Notes under the pieces: model-generated
Databases searched by the model: none
What the model was told of the DNA's origin: nothing
The model's input: only the letters and a program-made list of their open reading frames with translations
Source: an uncultured Methanoregulaceae archaeon
GTDB taxonomy: Archaea > Halobacteriota > Methanomicrobia > Methanomicrobiales > Methanospirillaceae
Direction of reading: 5' to 3'
Assembly: GCA_963701095.1 (NCBI GenBank)
Contig: OY969564.1
Span: 1,984,001 to 2,048,000 of the forward strand
DNA length: 64,000 bases
Program-made: the position numbers and the translations under genes
In this document: one piece after another, positions 21,466 to 35,122 of the stretch
Layout: every line of letters begins with the position of its first letter
Numbering within the stretch: the first letter of the stretch is position 1

Positions 21466-22329
21466 ATGACATCCCAAGAAAAGGATGAACACATCCTGGA
21501 AGCTGTTGGACGGTCCCGGATTGTCATCCGGAACGGAACCATTGTGGAAATTGGAGAAGCAAAGATTACGGAATGCCCGCTGGCCAAACGTTTTGCGTAT
21601 CCTGTCCCCCGGATCACACAAGAAGCAGTAAAAGCTAACATCGAGCACCGGATGAAAGCATTCGGCATGTGCACATCCCGGAGAGACGTACTTGATATGC
21701 GCGAATTCGTAGGGTTCGGTGCCACAGAGTTGCTTGGTTTCGCATCACATGTGGGTTTGATCGATGCGGCTGTACTCGCGTGTGACGGTGCCGGGACAGT
21801 CATTGTGAGAAAACCCGCCCTTATCCAGGGAGTCGGCGGAAGGATGTCCGGGCTTATCTCTACGAGCCCTATCAAAGAGGTTATTCAACGCATCGAAGAA
21901 AGTGGCGGTATTGTTGTGGATAAAACCCACGCAGCACTCGATCAGTTTAGCGGTGTAAAACGAGCTTACCAAGAAGGCTTCAAAAAAGTGGCTGTTACTG
22001 TAGCAAGACCTGAAGTCGCAGTGCGTATTCACCAGGAATACCCTAATACCATCATCTTTGGTGTCCATGTCACAGGTCTCACCGAAGAGGAGACAGAAGC
22101 AATGGTGGGAGTTGCGGATCTTATGACTGCATGTGCCTCTAAAACCGTGCGACAGATAGCAGGTGCTAAGGCACTTCTTCAAGCAGGAGTTTCCGTTCCT
22201 ATATTTGCCCTAACAAAGCGAGGAAAAGAAATCATTATTGAAAAGATTCGTCAAACGGAAGAACAGGTTCTGATAAAACCTACAAAGCTTCCGGCTCTTG
22301 GCGAAAAACAGCCCGACCCGCTGGTCTGA
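21466..22329 (+). CDS. Methanogenesis marker protein 8 (DUF2099)
   Basis: DEHILEAVG, CPL, FGMCT..R, FVGFGATE, CDGAGTV, QGVGGRMSGL..TSPI, TACASK. Confidence 0.88.
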   Translation: MTSQEKDEHILEAVGRSRIVIRNGTIVEIGEAKITECPLAKRFAYPVPRITQEAVKANIEHRMKAFGMCTSRRDVLDMREFVGFGATELLGFASHVGLIDAAVLACDGAGTVIVRKPALIQGVGGRMSGLISTSPIKEVIQRIEESGGIVVDKTHAALDQFSGVKRAYQEGFKKVAVTVARPEVAVRIHQEYPNTIIFGVHVTGLTEEETEAMVGVADLMTACASKTVRQIAGAKALLQAGVSVPIFALTKRGKEIIIEKIRQTEEQVLIKPTKLPALGEKQPDPLV

Positions 22330-22662
22330 AATAATGAGATATTTTTTTTTAATTTGATGTTTTTAGTTTTTGAGATCCTCTATTTTTGCAAATTCAGACA
22401 TGCCAGTGATGAGGAATTGTCTCGAAAATAAAATACCGGTGACTTATCTGCATGATTGTGTTGAGGTCCTGTTGATGCTAAGAACCGAGAAAGTGACGGA
22501 TCACTTTAAGCCGTCTGTTGAAGAAGGATCCGGCCTTTGTTTTATTACTCCAGATAATAAATCATACGCGCCCAATATATCTTAACTGTATTCAAAATCC
22601 GGCCTCAAAAACACAGTTTTAGGTCTGTAATTCAGATCAGGAAAAAGTCGCCGAATACAGAA

Positions 22663-22715
22663 CTTATAAATAATCACGATTGTTATCTATTATGGTCGTA
22701 TTCACAATTGTGAAT
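22663..22715 (+). promoter_or_regulatory. TATA box (CTTATAAA) followed by degenerate ATCACGATTGTTAT and perfect palindrome ATTCACAATTGTGAAT
   Basis: TATA 22663-22670; sites at 22673-22686 and 22700-22715, the latter 8 bp before the tRNA-Cys 5' end. Confidence 0.75.
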
Positions 22716-22723
22716 GTGGCTAT

Positions 22724-22795
22724 GCCAAGGTGGCGGAGTGGCTACGCGGCTGACTGCAGATCAGCTACAACCCGGTTCGAATCCGGGCCTTGGCT
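22724..22795 (+). tRNA. tRNA-Cys (GCA), G37 and U73 (canonical methanogen type)
   Basis: GCCAAGG/CCTTGGC acceptor, GCTGA-CTGCAGA-TCAGC anticodon arm, CCCGG-TTCGAAT-CCGGG T arm. Confidence 0.96.
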
Positions 22796-22808
22796 TCGAG
22801 GTGTTCCC

Positions 22809-25570
<2,762 letters not shown>

Positions 25571-25573
25571 AGT

Positions 25574-27055
25574 ATGAATATGCTCCGTGGCTCTCTAGGC
25601 ATTGTCAGGACAGAACACGCAGACCTCTCCGGTTCACTCACCCTTGAAAGCGGAGAAGTGCTCTCCAACCTGACAATAGCCTATGAAACCTACGGCAAGC
25701 TCAACAAAGAAAAAAGCAACGCTATCCTTATCTGCCATGCTTTATCCGGGGACGCCCATATAGCCGGGTTTCACGAAGGGGACGACAAGCCCGGCTGGTG
25801 GGACACTGTTGTCGGGCCCGGTAAGGCATTTGATACGGATCGCTATTTTGTGATCTGCAGCAATGTTCTGGGAGGATGTAAAGGCTCAACCGGCCCTTCT
25901 TCAGTCAATACGGAGACCGGCAAACCTTTTGGTACAAGGTTCCCGGTCATTACCATCAGGGACATGGTCAACGCCCAGAAACTTCTTCTTGACTATCTCG
26001 GCATTACCGAATTGTATGCTGTAGTCGGGGGATCAATGGGAGGCATGCAGGCTCTCCAGTGGACGGTATCGTATCCGGACATGATAAAAAAGGCAATCGT
26101 TATTGCCGCGACCGGATACTCGACTCCCCAGCAGATTGCCTTTAACGAGGTTGGCAGGAAAGCCATTATCTCCGACCCTGACTGGAATAACGGGAACTAT
26201 TACGGCAAACGAGTTCCCACACACGGTCTAGCGTTGGCACGGATGGTGGGCCATATCACGTACCTCTCTGATGAATCAATGCATGCAAAGTTCGGGAGGG
26301 CACTCCAGGGAAAGGACCATGTCGGGTTTGATTTCTCGACTGAGTTTGCCGTAGAAAGTTACCTCCACCACCAGGGGGATACATTCACAAAACGGTTCGA
26401 TGCAAATTCGTATCTGTATATTACAAAAGCGATCGATTACTTCGACCTTACAAAGGATGGCTCGCTCGCGACCGGGCTCTCTGCCGTGAAAGCGTCTTTT
26501 TTCATTCTTTCAGTCTCGTCGGACTGGCTCTATCCTCCCTATCAGTCGCAGGAAATTGTGACAGCACTTACCGCTAATGAACGCGAGGTGCATTACTGCG
26601 AGATCCGTTCGAACTACGGTCATGATGCGTTCCTGCTCGAATCAGGTCAGCTCAATTACCTGATTACCCGGTTCCTGTCGCATACCGTTGTCGGGGACGT
26701 GATGACCCGGGAGGTCGAATGCATCGAAGAGGGTACCACAATCGCGGTAACTGCCCGGAGAATGATCAAGTGCAGTGTCAACCACCTGCCGGTTCTTTCC
26801 GCTACCGGCCAGCTCGTAGGAATCGTTACCTCGTGGGATATCGCAAAGGCAGTGGCGTCCAATTTTCTCTGGCTCGACGAGATCATGAGCCGGGATGTGG
26901 TTACGACAACCAAGAAGGAGCCCGTTGAGGAGGCGGCTAGGAAAATGGAGGACCATTCAATCTCTGCCCTGCCCGTTGTCGACAACGACCGGCACGTTAT
27001 AGGCCTTATCACGAGCGATGCGATCAGTACTCTCGTCGGGAGACAAACACCGTGA
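25574..27055 (+). CDS. metX: Homoserine O-acetyltransferase with C-terminal CBS pair
   Basis: [19 protein letters not shown] nucleophile elbow, FDANSY, YGHDAFL; tandem CBS domains at C-terminus. Confidence 0.95.
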   Translation: MNMLRGSLGIVRTEHADLSGSLTLESGEVLSNLTIAYETYGKLNKEKSNAILICHALSGDAHIAGFHEGDDKPGWWDTVVGPGKAFDTDRYFVICSNVLGGCKGSTGPSSVNTETGKPFGTRFPVITIRDMVNAQKLLLDYLGITELYAVVGGSMGGMQALQWTVSYPDMIKKAIVIAATGYSTPQQIAFNEVGRKAIISDPDWNNGNYYGKRVPTHGLALARMVGHITYLSDESMHAKFGRALQGKDHVGFDFSTEFAVESYLHHQGDTFTKRFDANSYLYITKAIDYFDLTKDGSLATGLSAVKASFFILSVSSDWLYPPYQSQEIVTALTANEREVHYCEIRSNYGHDAFLLESGQLNYLITRFLSHTVVGDVMTREVECIEEGTTIAVTARRMIKCSVNHLPVLSATGQLVGIVTSWDIAKAVASNFLWLDEIMSRDVVTTTKKEPVEEAARKMEDHSISALPVVDNDRHVIGLITSDAISTLVGRQTP

Positions 27056-27096
27056 AAATCCCCACTAATCAGGAAGAACCAGGGACAAACGTGAAC

Positions 27097-28209
27097 ATGG
27101 CAAAAAAGTGGTTGGTCCGGTACTCGGAGATATTCTTAAAATCAGATCCGGTACGCCGGCAATGGGAACGGGTCCTGATAAACAACATCCGGCAGCTTAT
27201 ACCCGATTTGAAGATCAAAAGTGAACGCGGCAGAATATGGATCACCGGGAATCTCGATCCCGAAAAACTTAGGCATGTATTTGGGATCGTTTCATTCTCA
27301 GAAGTCGAACATGTACCCCATGATTTACCGCTGGAAACAGCACTTATTGAATATTGCAGGACACACGGTCTTCCCGGCGCGAAGACATTTGCACTGCGCA
27401 TCAAAAGGGTAGGAAAACACAGTTTTTCCTCGAACGATAAGGCGATCGAACTTGGCGATGTAGTCCGGAAAGCATTCCCTCACCTGAAGGTGAACCTTGC
27501 TGTCCCAGACGTTGAAATCCATATTGAAATCCGGCAGGATGAATGTTATCTCTACGATAAAGTGATAAAAGGGTCCGGCGGTCTTCCTCTTGGGGTAGAG
27601 GGAACGCTTGTTGCACTTGTCTCGGGAGGCATCGATTCCCCGGTTGCGGCATGGATGATGATGAAACGGGGCTGCAGGATCGTGCCGATCTATGTGGCGC
27701 TCGATACCTTCCTTGACGAAACCGTCTTGACCCGGGCCGAACGGGTAGTTGAAGTGTTACGGAAGTACCAGCCCGACATCCGGCTCCGGGTGATACATGA
27801 CACCTACCTAGCGGCAGCAAAAAAGGAGCTGATCAGAAACCGGCAGGAGAAGTATACCTGCATCTTTTGCAAACGCCGGATGTACCGGATTGCGCAGGCT
27901 GTTGCACAAGAAATAGGGGCAAAAGGTATCGTGAACGGTGAGTCGCTTGGACAGGTAGCAAGCCAGACCCTCGACAATCTGGTGGTCCTCTCAGATGCCG
28001 CAGAGATCCCGGTTTATCGTCCCCTCATCGGGTTTGACAAGGCAGATGCGATAGCAATCGCCCGGGATATCGGAACCTACGAAGAGTCAACAAGTAAAGC
28101 TACCGGCTGCAAGGCTGTGCCAAAGGGACCATCCACGAAAGCTCACCTGAAGGAGATCCTTGAGATGGAAAAGAATATGGAAGCGACGAAAATACCACTA
28201 CCTGTGTGA
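27097..28209 (+). CDS. thiI: tRNA 4-thiouridine sulfurtransferase (THUMP + PP-loop, no rhodanese domain)
   Basis: VRYSEIFLKS, GGLPLG, SGGIDSPVA, CIFCKRRM, GESLGQVASQTL, RPLIGFDK. Confidence 0.93.
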   Translation: MAKKWLVRYSEIFLKSDPVRRQWERVLINNIRQLIPDLKIKSERGRIWITGNLDPEKLRHVFGIVSFSEVEHVPHDLPLETALIEYCRTHGLPGAKTFALRIKRVGKHSFSSNDKAIELGDVVRKAFPHLKVNLAVPDVEIHIEIRQDECYLYDKVIKGSGGLPLGVEGTLVALVSGGIDSPVAAWMMMKRGCRIVPIYVALDTFLDETVLTRAERVVEVLRKYQPDIRLRVIHDTYLAAAKKELIRNRQEKYTCIFCKRRMYRIAQAVAQEIGAKGIVNGESLGQVASQTLDNLVVLSDAAEIPVYRPLIGFDKADAIAIARDIGTYEESTSKATGCKAVPKGPSTKAHLKEILEMEKNMEATKIPLPV

Positions 28210-28274
28210 CAAGTATTCGGGATCACACAGACTCTCCTTAAATCAAGGGTCCCCCTCTCGCCTTTCCCCGGCGC

Positions 28275-29027
28275 ATGAATAAATCCATATCTTTTAACAA
28301 CACCCAGAGTACCATTATGCCATCTCCCATGGTCGGGCGGAAATTTGGTGTCGGTGCAATCACCGCACCGGACCCCGCAAACGTGCAGGGCACAAGAGTG
28401 GTAGGGATCTCTGGATCGAGCCGGCAGGAACCGGGGATGTCCAAGTCAGAACGCCTGCTCATCGAAGCTCTCGACCGGTGCACTGCACTCGGTTGCGAAA
28501 CGAAGTTTATCCGGCTCAAAGACCTTAAAATATATGATTGTGAAGGAAATTATTCCGAGAACCCGGAATACTGTACCTATCCCTGCCAGTCTTCGATGAA
28601 ATACGTGGACGACGAAATGGATAAAGTATATGCAGCGATTCTGGACTGTGATGTCCTTTTCCTTGCCACGCCCATCAGATGGAATAATCACTCAGCACTT
28701 GTCCAGAAATTTATCGAACGGATGAACTGCATCGAGAACCAGTACTCGTGGTTTGGCAACCGGATGATCAAAAATAAAGTCGTGGCGCTCATCATCATTG
28801 GCCATGTAGACGGTATGCAACACGTAGCAGGCAACCTCCTGAATTTTTTTGCATGGCTGGGTTTTCACAGCCCTGAAGTTTCTATCGCCTCTTGGGTAGG
28901 AGAGAATAATGAGGATACGACACGGGATTGGGAGCTGATAGAGAAAAACCAGTACACTCAGGAAGATCTCACGGATATGGTCCATAACTCGTTACGCCTT
29001 GCGTGCAGCCTGAAACGGCAGATCTGA
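28275..29027 (+). CDS. Flavodoxin-fold NAD(P)H-dependent FMN reductase / iron-sulfur flavoprotein-like
   Basis: GISGSSR, L.DLKIYDCEG..S....C..PC, DEMD, ATPIRW, KFIERM. Confidence 0.8.
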   Translation: MNKSISFNNTQSTIMPSPMVGRKFGVGAITAPDPANVQGTRVVGISGSSRQEPGMSKSERLLIEALDRCTALGCETKFIRLKDLKIYDCEGNYSENPEYCTYPCQSSMKYVDDEMDKVYAAILDCDVLFLATPIRWNNHSALVQKFIERMNCIENQYSWFGNRMIKNKVVALIIIGHVDGMQHVAGNLLNFFAWLGFHSPEVSIASWVGENNEDTTRDWELIEKNQYTQEDLTDMVHNSLRLACSLKRQI

Positions 29028-29108
29028 CTGAAGAAGATATACTCCCGCTGTTACCGGATCATCGTTCCTATGAAGGATAATCAGGATCGTATATTGAAAA
29101 AAACGTTA

Positions 29109-29513
29109 TCAGAGGAGTTTTGAACCGGCCGTCGCTCCAGGTTTACATTCAAAAACATCGGTAATCTTTACAATGAGAAGCGACCGTGCAGGAAGCGCTG
29201 GGTTTTTCTTGTTAATCTTATCCTTCATCTCGTCGTATTCCTTGCCGCTCGTTTTGATGGTGACATGCCCTTTAATCTGGAAACACCCTTTGATTTCCGG
29301 GCCCCAGACATAGAGTGCGATTTTCGGGTTTGCCTTGAGATTATCAAGGGTTTTATTCATGAAATTGTCCGTAATCCAGATCGTATCATCGCTGATAAGC
29401 TCGACTATCCCGATCGGGATAACATTTGGTGTGCCATCTTTGGCTGCGGTCGCTACCGGGAAGATTTTCATTTTCAGAAAGGCTTCTTTCATGTCAGCGG
29501 TTAATTTTGCCAT
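29109..29513 (-). CDS. Pyridoxamine 5'-phosphate oxidase-like FMN-binding protein
   Basis: ATAAKDGTPNV, DNFMNKTLDNLKANP, FQIKG. Confidence 0.88.
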   Translation of the reverse strand: MAKLTADMKEAFLKMKIFPVATAAKDGTPNVIPIGIVELISDDTIWITDNFMNKTLDNLKANPKIALYVWGPEIKGCFQIKGHVTIKTSGKEYDEMKDKINKKNPALPARSLLIVKITDVFECKPGATAGSKLL

Positions 29514-29636
29514 AATGAATGCACCGATCTCTTCCTCTGCGCCCCACTCGTATAAACCTTAGTATCAAGAAAGCAAGCCGGTCACCCGAAACCGTTTTAC
29601 GCTCCTCCCGGCAAGTGACTAGATTACGTGAAGATC

Positions 29637-30251
29637 ATGACCCGCCAGTTCCAGACCTATCATGACGCCGTTGCCTTTCACGGACATTCCTGTCCCGGCC
29701 TCGCGCTTGGTTATCGCGCAGCCAGACATGCTCTCTCTGTATTGCATGCCGAACGATCCGAGGACGAGGATTTGGTTGCGGTTGTTGAAAACGATGCCTG
29801 TGGGATTGATGCGGTCCAGGCAATTGCCGGATGTTCCGTTGGCAAAGGAAACCTGATTCTCAAGGATCTGGGCAAGCATGCATACACGTTTATCAACCGC
29901 AGGACCGGCTCGGCAATTCGTATTGTCCAGCGTTCTGAACCCCTGCTCGAACGTATTGATCCGGTGGCATCTGAGCTGCGCGGAAAAGTTGTGGCCGGGA
30001 AAGCGACGCCAACCGAGATACAGGAGTATGAAGAGCGCCAGACAGCAGTCATTGACAAGATCCTTACGGTTCCGATTGGTGAGCTATTTATTGAAAAAGA
30101 GGCGCGTTCTGATACCCCTGAAAAGGCACGGATTTCACGATCGGTTCCGTGTGCCATCTGTGGTGAGATGGTTGCTGAACACCGTGCCAGACTTAAAAAA
30201 GGTAAAACAGTCTGCATCCCATGCGCCGGCGAATATAACCGAAACCGATAA
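29637..30251 (+). CDS. FmdE-family protein with C-terminal zinc finger
   Basis: FHGHSCPGLALGYR, ENDACGIDAVQ, GCSVGKGNL, CAICGE...CIPC. Confidence 0.9.
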   Translation: MTRQFQTYHDAVAFHGHSCPGLALGYRAARHALSVLHAERSEDEDLVAVVENDACGIDAVQAIAGCSVGKGNLILKDLGKHAYTFINRRTGSAIRIVQRSEPLLERIDPVASELRGKVVAGKATPTEIQEYEERQTAVIDKILTVPIGELFIEKEARSDTPEKARISRSVPCAICGEMVAEHRARLKKGKTVCIPCAGEYNRNR

Positions 30252-30347
30252 CCTCGTTTTGGCTGAGCGGTTACACCGGGCAAGACATTTTAATTCCGGG
30301 AGATTTATCAGAGTATCCGTTCCAGTCTTTTTAGATGGTGAATATAG

Positions 30348-30590
30348 ATGGGCGTGATTGATGGTATTCAAGGTCTTGTTGCAGAATATCTTGCTTCTCA
30401 AAAAGGACAGGAGACGATACGCGCCTTTCTTTCTTCCCCACAAGGAAAGGAAGCTATTAATGCATATCTTTCAACTCTTGAAGGCCAGCAAATGGCCCGG
30501 CTCCTTCTTTTACGCGCCCTCGACCGTCTCGAGATTCCCGAGACAGTAAAGGAACAGATCCGTAAAGCCCTTGCAGATTCAGGGACCTGA
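30348..30590 (+). CDS. Small hypothetical protein with internal repeat
   Basis: Three (Y/F)L.S..G.. helical repeats; SD-like GGTGA upstream. Confidence 0.6.
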   Translation: MGVIDGIQGLVAEYLASQKGQETIRAFLSSPQGKEAINAYLSTLEGQQMARLLLLRALDRLEIPETVKEQIRKALADSGT

Positions 30591-30639
30591 AAGCATCTGA
30601 CCACAAACCCTCTCTTTTCTGCCCGCGTACCTGACTGGG

Positions 30640-31390
30640 ATGGATGAGACAATCATGGGAGCCCTGTTCTTCGGCTTACCCCGGCAGGGCCCGGGAAGCG
30701 ATGCCTGCACAGAACGGATGTTTCACCTGCTGCCCGGACTTCCAGCACACCCGACAATCCTCGATATCGGGTGCGGTTCCGGCATGCAGACCCTTGTGCT
30801 CGCCCGACTCGCACCGGACGCTCGGATTACTGCAGTTGACCTGTACCAGCCGGTGCTCGATATACTGGACGCTAGGGCACAGAAGGCCGGTGTTGCCGGC
30901 AGGGTAAAAACGGTCCGCGTTTTCATGGATGTCCTCCCGTTCCCTCCCGGTTCCTTTGACCTGCTCTGGGCGGAAGGCTCGATCTTTGTCATCGGGGTGG
31001 AGGCGGGGCTTGTAGCATGAAAGAAATTTATCCGGCCCGGCGGGTACCTCGCATTTACCGAAGCATGCTGGTTCGTGGAAGATCCTTCACGTGAGTCCCG
31101 GGCGTTCTGGGAGCAGTGTTACCCGCAGATAAAGACAGTGGAAGAGACCCGAATCCTGATCGCCCGGACAGGATATCATTTCTGTGCGGATTTCCCGTTG
31201 CCCCTGTCTGCATGATGGGACGAGTACTATATCCCGATGCTTGCCCGGCTCCCTGCTATCAGAGAACAGTACCGGGACACCCTCGGTTCAGCTCGAGTTC
31301 TTTGCCGGGATAGAGCAGGAGATTGAAGTGCACCGCAACCACCCCGGGGAATATGGGTACCAGTTCTTCCTGCTCCGTGCGCCGGCCTAA
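30640..31390 (+). pseudogene. Class I SAM-dependent methyltransferase, disrupted (two in-frame TGA plus a frameshift)
   Basis: LPRQGPGS, LDIGCGSG, FDLLWAEGS; homology continues past TGA at 31018 (KKFIRPGGYLAFTE) and 31213 (WDEYYIP); shift near 31280 to EYGYQFF. Confidence 0.8.
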
Positions 31391-31670
31391 AATTCCTGGT
31401 GGCGACCCCGTTTTTTCATAAAACCCTCCCTTTTCTCTTCCACATCTTAGTATGGGGCAGGTTTACCTGCCTCTATTGCCAGAGCATATACCATGACATT
31501 CCCTGTTCCAGTGAACATACCCTCGCTACCACGCTGCTCGCATTCGAGACGGTGATGGCGGATTTTTCCGACAGTACCCTGCCTCCGACGGGCACGACCG
31601 ACCGGTGATTTTCCCGGATATTCCTGAAACGTTCCTCTTATCTTTATAGCGCCCTAATCATGTGAGTGTG

Positions 31671-34309
31671 ATGCACGAGCCGCCGGTGAAAAAGATCCTC
31701 TACTGGTGTGACCGGTGCAATGTCCCGCTGATTGGCAGGACCTGCGCCTGCGGAACTATGGGGAGGGAGATCGAACTACTCCAGCCATACGATGTACGCC
31801 CGGCGCTTTCGGCTGATATGGCTCTTATAAAAAGACTGGTACGGGAACGTTTCGGCACTATCCCTCTCCAGACGGTCCTGCTTCTCAACAAGACCGGTGG
31901 TTTGGACAGGGCCGACCTTGTGATCGCCCACGGTCACCGGTTCGGCTGGCTCTCTTTTGACCCGGTATCACGTCAGCACTCGTTCGATCTATCGCCCGAG
32001 GCTCTGCCATATATACTCAAACACGTAACAACCGGCATCATCGACCTTGAAACAGGCATCGAAAGGGGTGAGGGATCCGGAAGGATGGGAGGAAAGAAAT
32101 TCCACCTGTCGAGCCCGGTTCCGGATGGTACTGCGGTAGTTAAACTCAAAAACAGGTACGGTACCGGAACGGTCAAAGACGGTTATGTCCGGGTAAGAGA
32201 ACTGGCGCCAATCGATCCCAGGACTGGCGCTAACCCGGACTGGGAACAAGTAGTCCAGCAGAACCGGTATCATTTAAAAAACCTGGAACGCCATAGCGTT
32301 CGCATGATTAAACACCATATACATGACCGCCCAGTATGCAATGTCTCATTCTCCGGTGGAAAAGACAGCACAGCGGTCCTTACCCTCGCACGCAAGGCCG
32401 GGGTGAAGGATGCGTTCTTTCTTGATACCGGTATCGAGTTTCCCGAGACGGTTGCTTTTGTGAAATCGCAGGGAGTACCGGTCATAGAAAAAGCCGGGGA
32501 CTTTTTTTTAGCTGCAGAGAAAGCCGGGCCCCGGGAAAAGATAACCGGTGGTGCTGCAAACTCCTGAAACTCCGCCCGCTCAAACTTCACCTGGAAGATG
32601 TTGGTCCCTGCGTTACAGTTCAGGGCAACCGGTGGTATGAGTCATGGAACAGGGCAGCGCTCGAAGAGACCAGCCAAAATCCGGCAAATCCGCTCCAGCT
32701 TAATATCTCACCAATACGAAACTGGCGGGCTCTTGAGGTTTTTCTCTATCTCTGGTGGCAGAAAGTAGACATAAACCCGCTCTACGAGCGGGGAATAGAA
32801 CGAATCGGGTGCTATGTCTGCCCTTCCATGCTCGAAAGTGAGTACGAAGTGCTCCGGGATATGTACCCGGACTATGCCCGACGCTGGGACGCGTTTCTTG
32901 AGTCTCACGCAAAAAAGAGGGGGCTTCCCGACGCGTTCCACCAGTGGGGACTCTGGCGCTGGAAAGCATTACCGCCCAAAATGCGGGAGCTCTGCCGGGA
33001 CCAGGGTATCCCGGTGCGGGACGATTATACGTTGCAGGCAGAACCTCCTCTGGAACGGGAAGAAATGGTTGAAATAACAGGTGAAAGAATCATGGAACCG
33101 GAAATGGTAGCACAGGAAAGCAGGGAATATAATGTGGAAAATATCCGGAGGGACTTTCCTATTCTTGGGGATAGTGAAATCATTTACCTTGACAATGCCG
33201 CGACCAGTTTTTCCCCTCAACCCGTGATTACCGCGATGGTTGAGTTCGAGCACCGGTACCGGGCTAACGTAGGCCGGGGTGTCCACCGCCTTACGAGCAT
33301 CGCAAGCCAGCGGTATTGGCACGCCCACGAGAAAGTTGCGGAATTCATCTCCGGGAAAGACGGGGTTACCGTTTTTACGAAAAATACGACTGAATCGGTG
33401 AACATGGTCGCCCAGGGACTTACCTGGAAATCTGGCGACAGGGTCGTCACTACGCTTCTCGAACATCACTCGAACCTTCTTCCCTGGCGCCGGCTTGCCA
33501 GGCAAGGTGTATCAACAGATATTATTGGTATCAATCCGTCGTATTCGCTCGATCTTACCGCACTGGAAACGGCTATTACGGATTTCACCCGGCTCGTTGC
33601 GGTCACCCAGGCTTCAAATGTCCTGGGTGTCGTTACGCCGGTAAAGGATATTGCAAAAATCTGCCATGACCATGACGCACTCCTTCTGGTCGATGGTGCG
33701 CAGGCCGTTCCACACATGCCGGTAAATGTTGAGGACATTGGGTGCGATTTCTACTGTTTCTCCGGGCATAAGATGTCTGGCCCCACCGGCACCGGTGTTC
33801 TTTGGATGAAAGAGCCTTGTATTGAACCGCTGATGGTTGGTGGGGGCATGGTAGAAGCGGTCAGTTCAGAAGGATACACGCTTGCCAAAGGCTACCAACA
33901 GTACCAGGCAGGTACACCTAATATTGCCGGGGGGATCGGTCTTGGCGCAGCCGTAGACTACCTTCAAGTGATCGGTATAGAAAAAATCCACTGGCACGAG
34001 AAAGATCTTACCGACCGTCTGATTGCGGGGCTTAGCCGGAACAACCGAGTCCACGTGTATGCCTCGCAGGATCCGGCCAGCAGGATAGGTGTTGTCTCCT
34101 TTACGGTTGACGGGTACCATCCGCATGAAGTAGCTCAACAGCTTGACGAAGCGGCAGACATCATGGTGAGGTCCGGCCACCACTGTTGTCAACCACTTGT
34201 AGAAAGTCTGGGTCTCCCAGACGGTACTGTCAGGGCAAGTCTTGCCTACTATAATACCCGGCAGGAGATCGATCTGCTCATAGCCACGCTCAGCGAGCTT
34301 ACCCGGTGA
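31671..34309 (+). CDS. PAPS-reductase-family / cysteine desulfurase (SufS-like) fusion; 1-nt frameshift near 32530
   Basis: N-terminal [27 protein letters not shown]; after the shift [23 protein letters not shown] run in frame into YLDNAAT, EHHSN, DGAQ, SGHKM, RSGHHCC. Confidence 0.85.
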
Positions 34310-34314
34310 TTATC

Positions 34315-35113
34315 ATGGACAATCAGATTTTTTCCGCTCTTCTATCGCAGGCTAGGAAACAACGCCCTCTTGTCCACCATATTACAAATTACGTGACCGT
34401 TAATGACTGCGCAAATATCACCATCTGTGCAGGAGGAGCTCCGGTGATGGCAGATGCATGGGAAGAGGCAGGAGAGATGGCTGCTCTTTCAAGTGCCCTT
34501 GTTCTTAACATAGGGACTCTTAATTCAGGGATCATCAAAAGTATGATTTTCGCCGGGAAAATGGCAAACGAACGTAAGATCCCGATTGTCCTCGATCCGG
34601 TTGGCGCAGGAGCCACACGGTTCAGGACGGAGAGCTGCCGGCGACTCCTTGATGAATTGACTATTGCCACTGTCAAGGGAAACGCCGGGGAGATTGGGGT
34701 GCTTGCCGGTGTAGACTCAAAGGTACGGGGAGTTGATTCTGAAGGGATGAAAGGTGATCCGGTAACGGTAGCCCGGACATTTGCCCGCAATGCAGGAATT
34801 ACGGTAGTCATAAGCGGGGCAACCGACATCATCACTGATGGAGAACGTGTTCTCCTGGTTGAAAACGGCCACCCCATGATGGGCACACTTTCCGGGACTG
34901 GTTGTATGGCGACATCAATAACCGGCGTCTGCGCAGCAGTAAGCGATGATAGGGTGATAGCAGCAGCAACAGCCCTTGCAGCGTTTGGTCTTGCCGGAGA
35001 ACGGGCAGCAGAAAAAAGCCGGGTCCGGGTCCTTTAAATCGGCGCTTTTTGATGAAATGGCAGTACTCGCACCGGCAGACCTCCTTGCCGGTGCCCGGAT
35101 AAAATATGGCTGA
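34315..35113 (+). CDS. thiM: Hydroxyethylthiazole kinase; frameshift near 35022
   Basis: [38 protein letters not shown]-terminal [10 protein letters not shown] in the shifted frame. Confidence 0.92.
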
Positions 35114-35122
35114 AAAGAAGTC

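Noticed and set aside
22680..22808. 43 extra N-terminal codons of pscS in the ORF track
   Set aside because: They run through the operator and tRNA-Cys; the ATG at 22809 follows an SD-like GAGGTG.
30640..31390. UGA recoding (Trp/Sec/Cys readthrough) suggested by two in-frame TGA codons
   Set aside because: TGA ends many intact genes here (hisD, guaAB, hisC, ppsA), no SECIS-like element or suppressor tRNA was seen, and the gene also has a frameshift.
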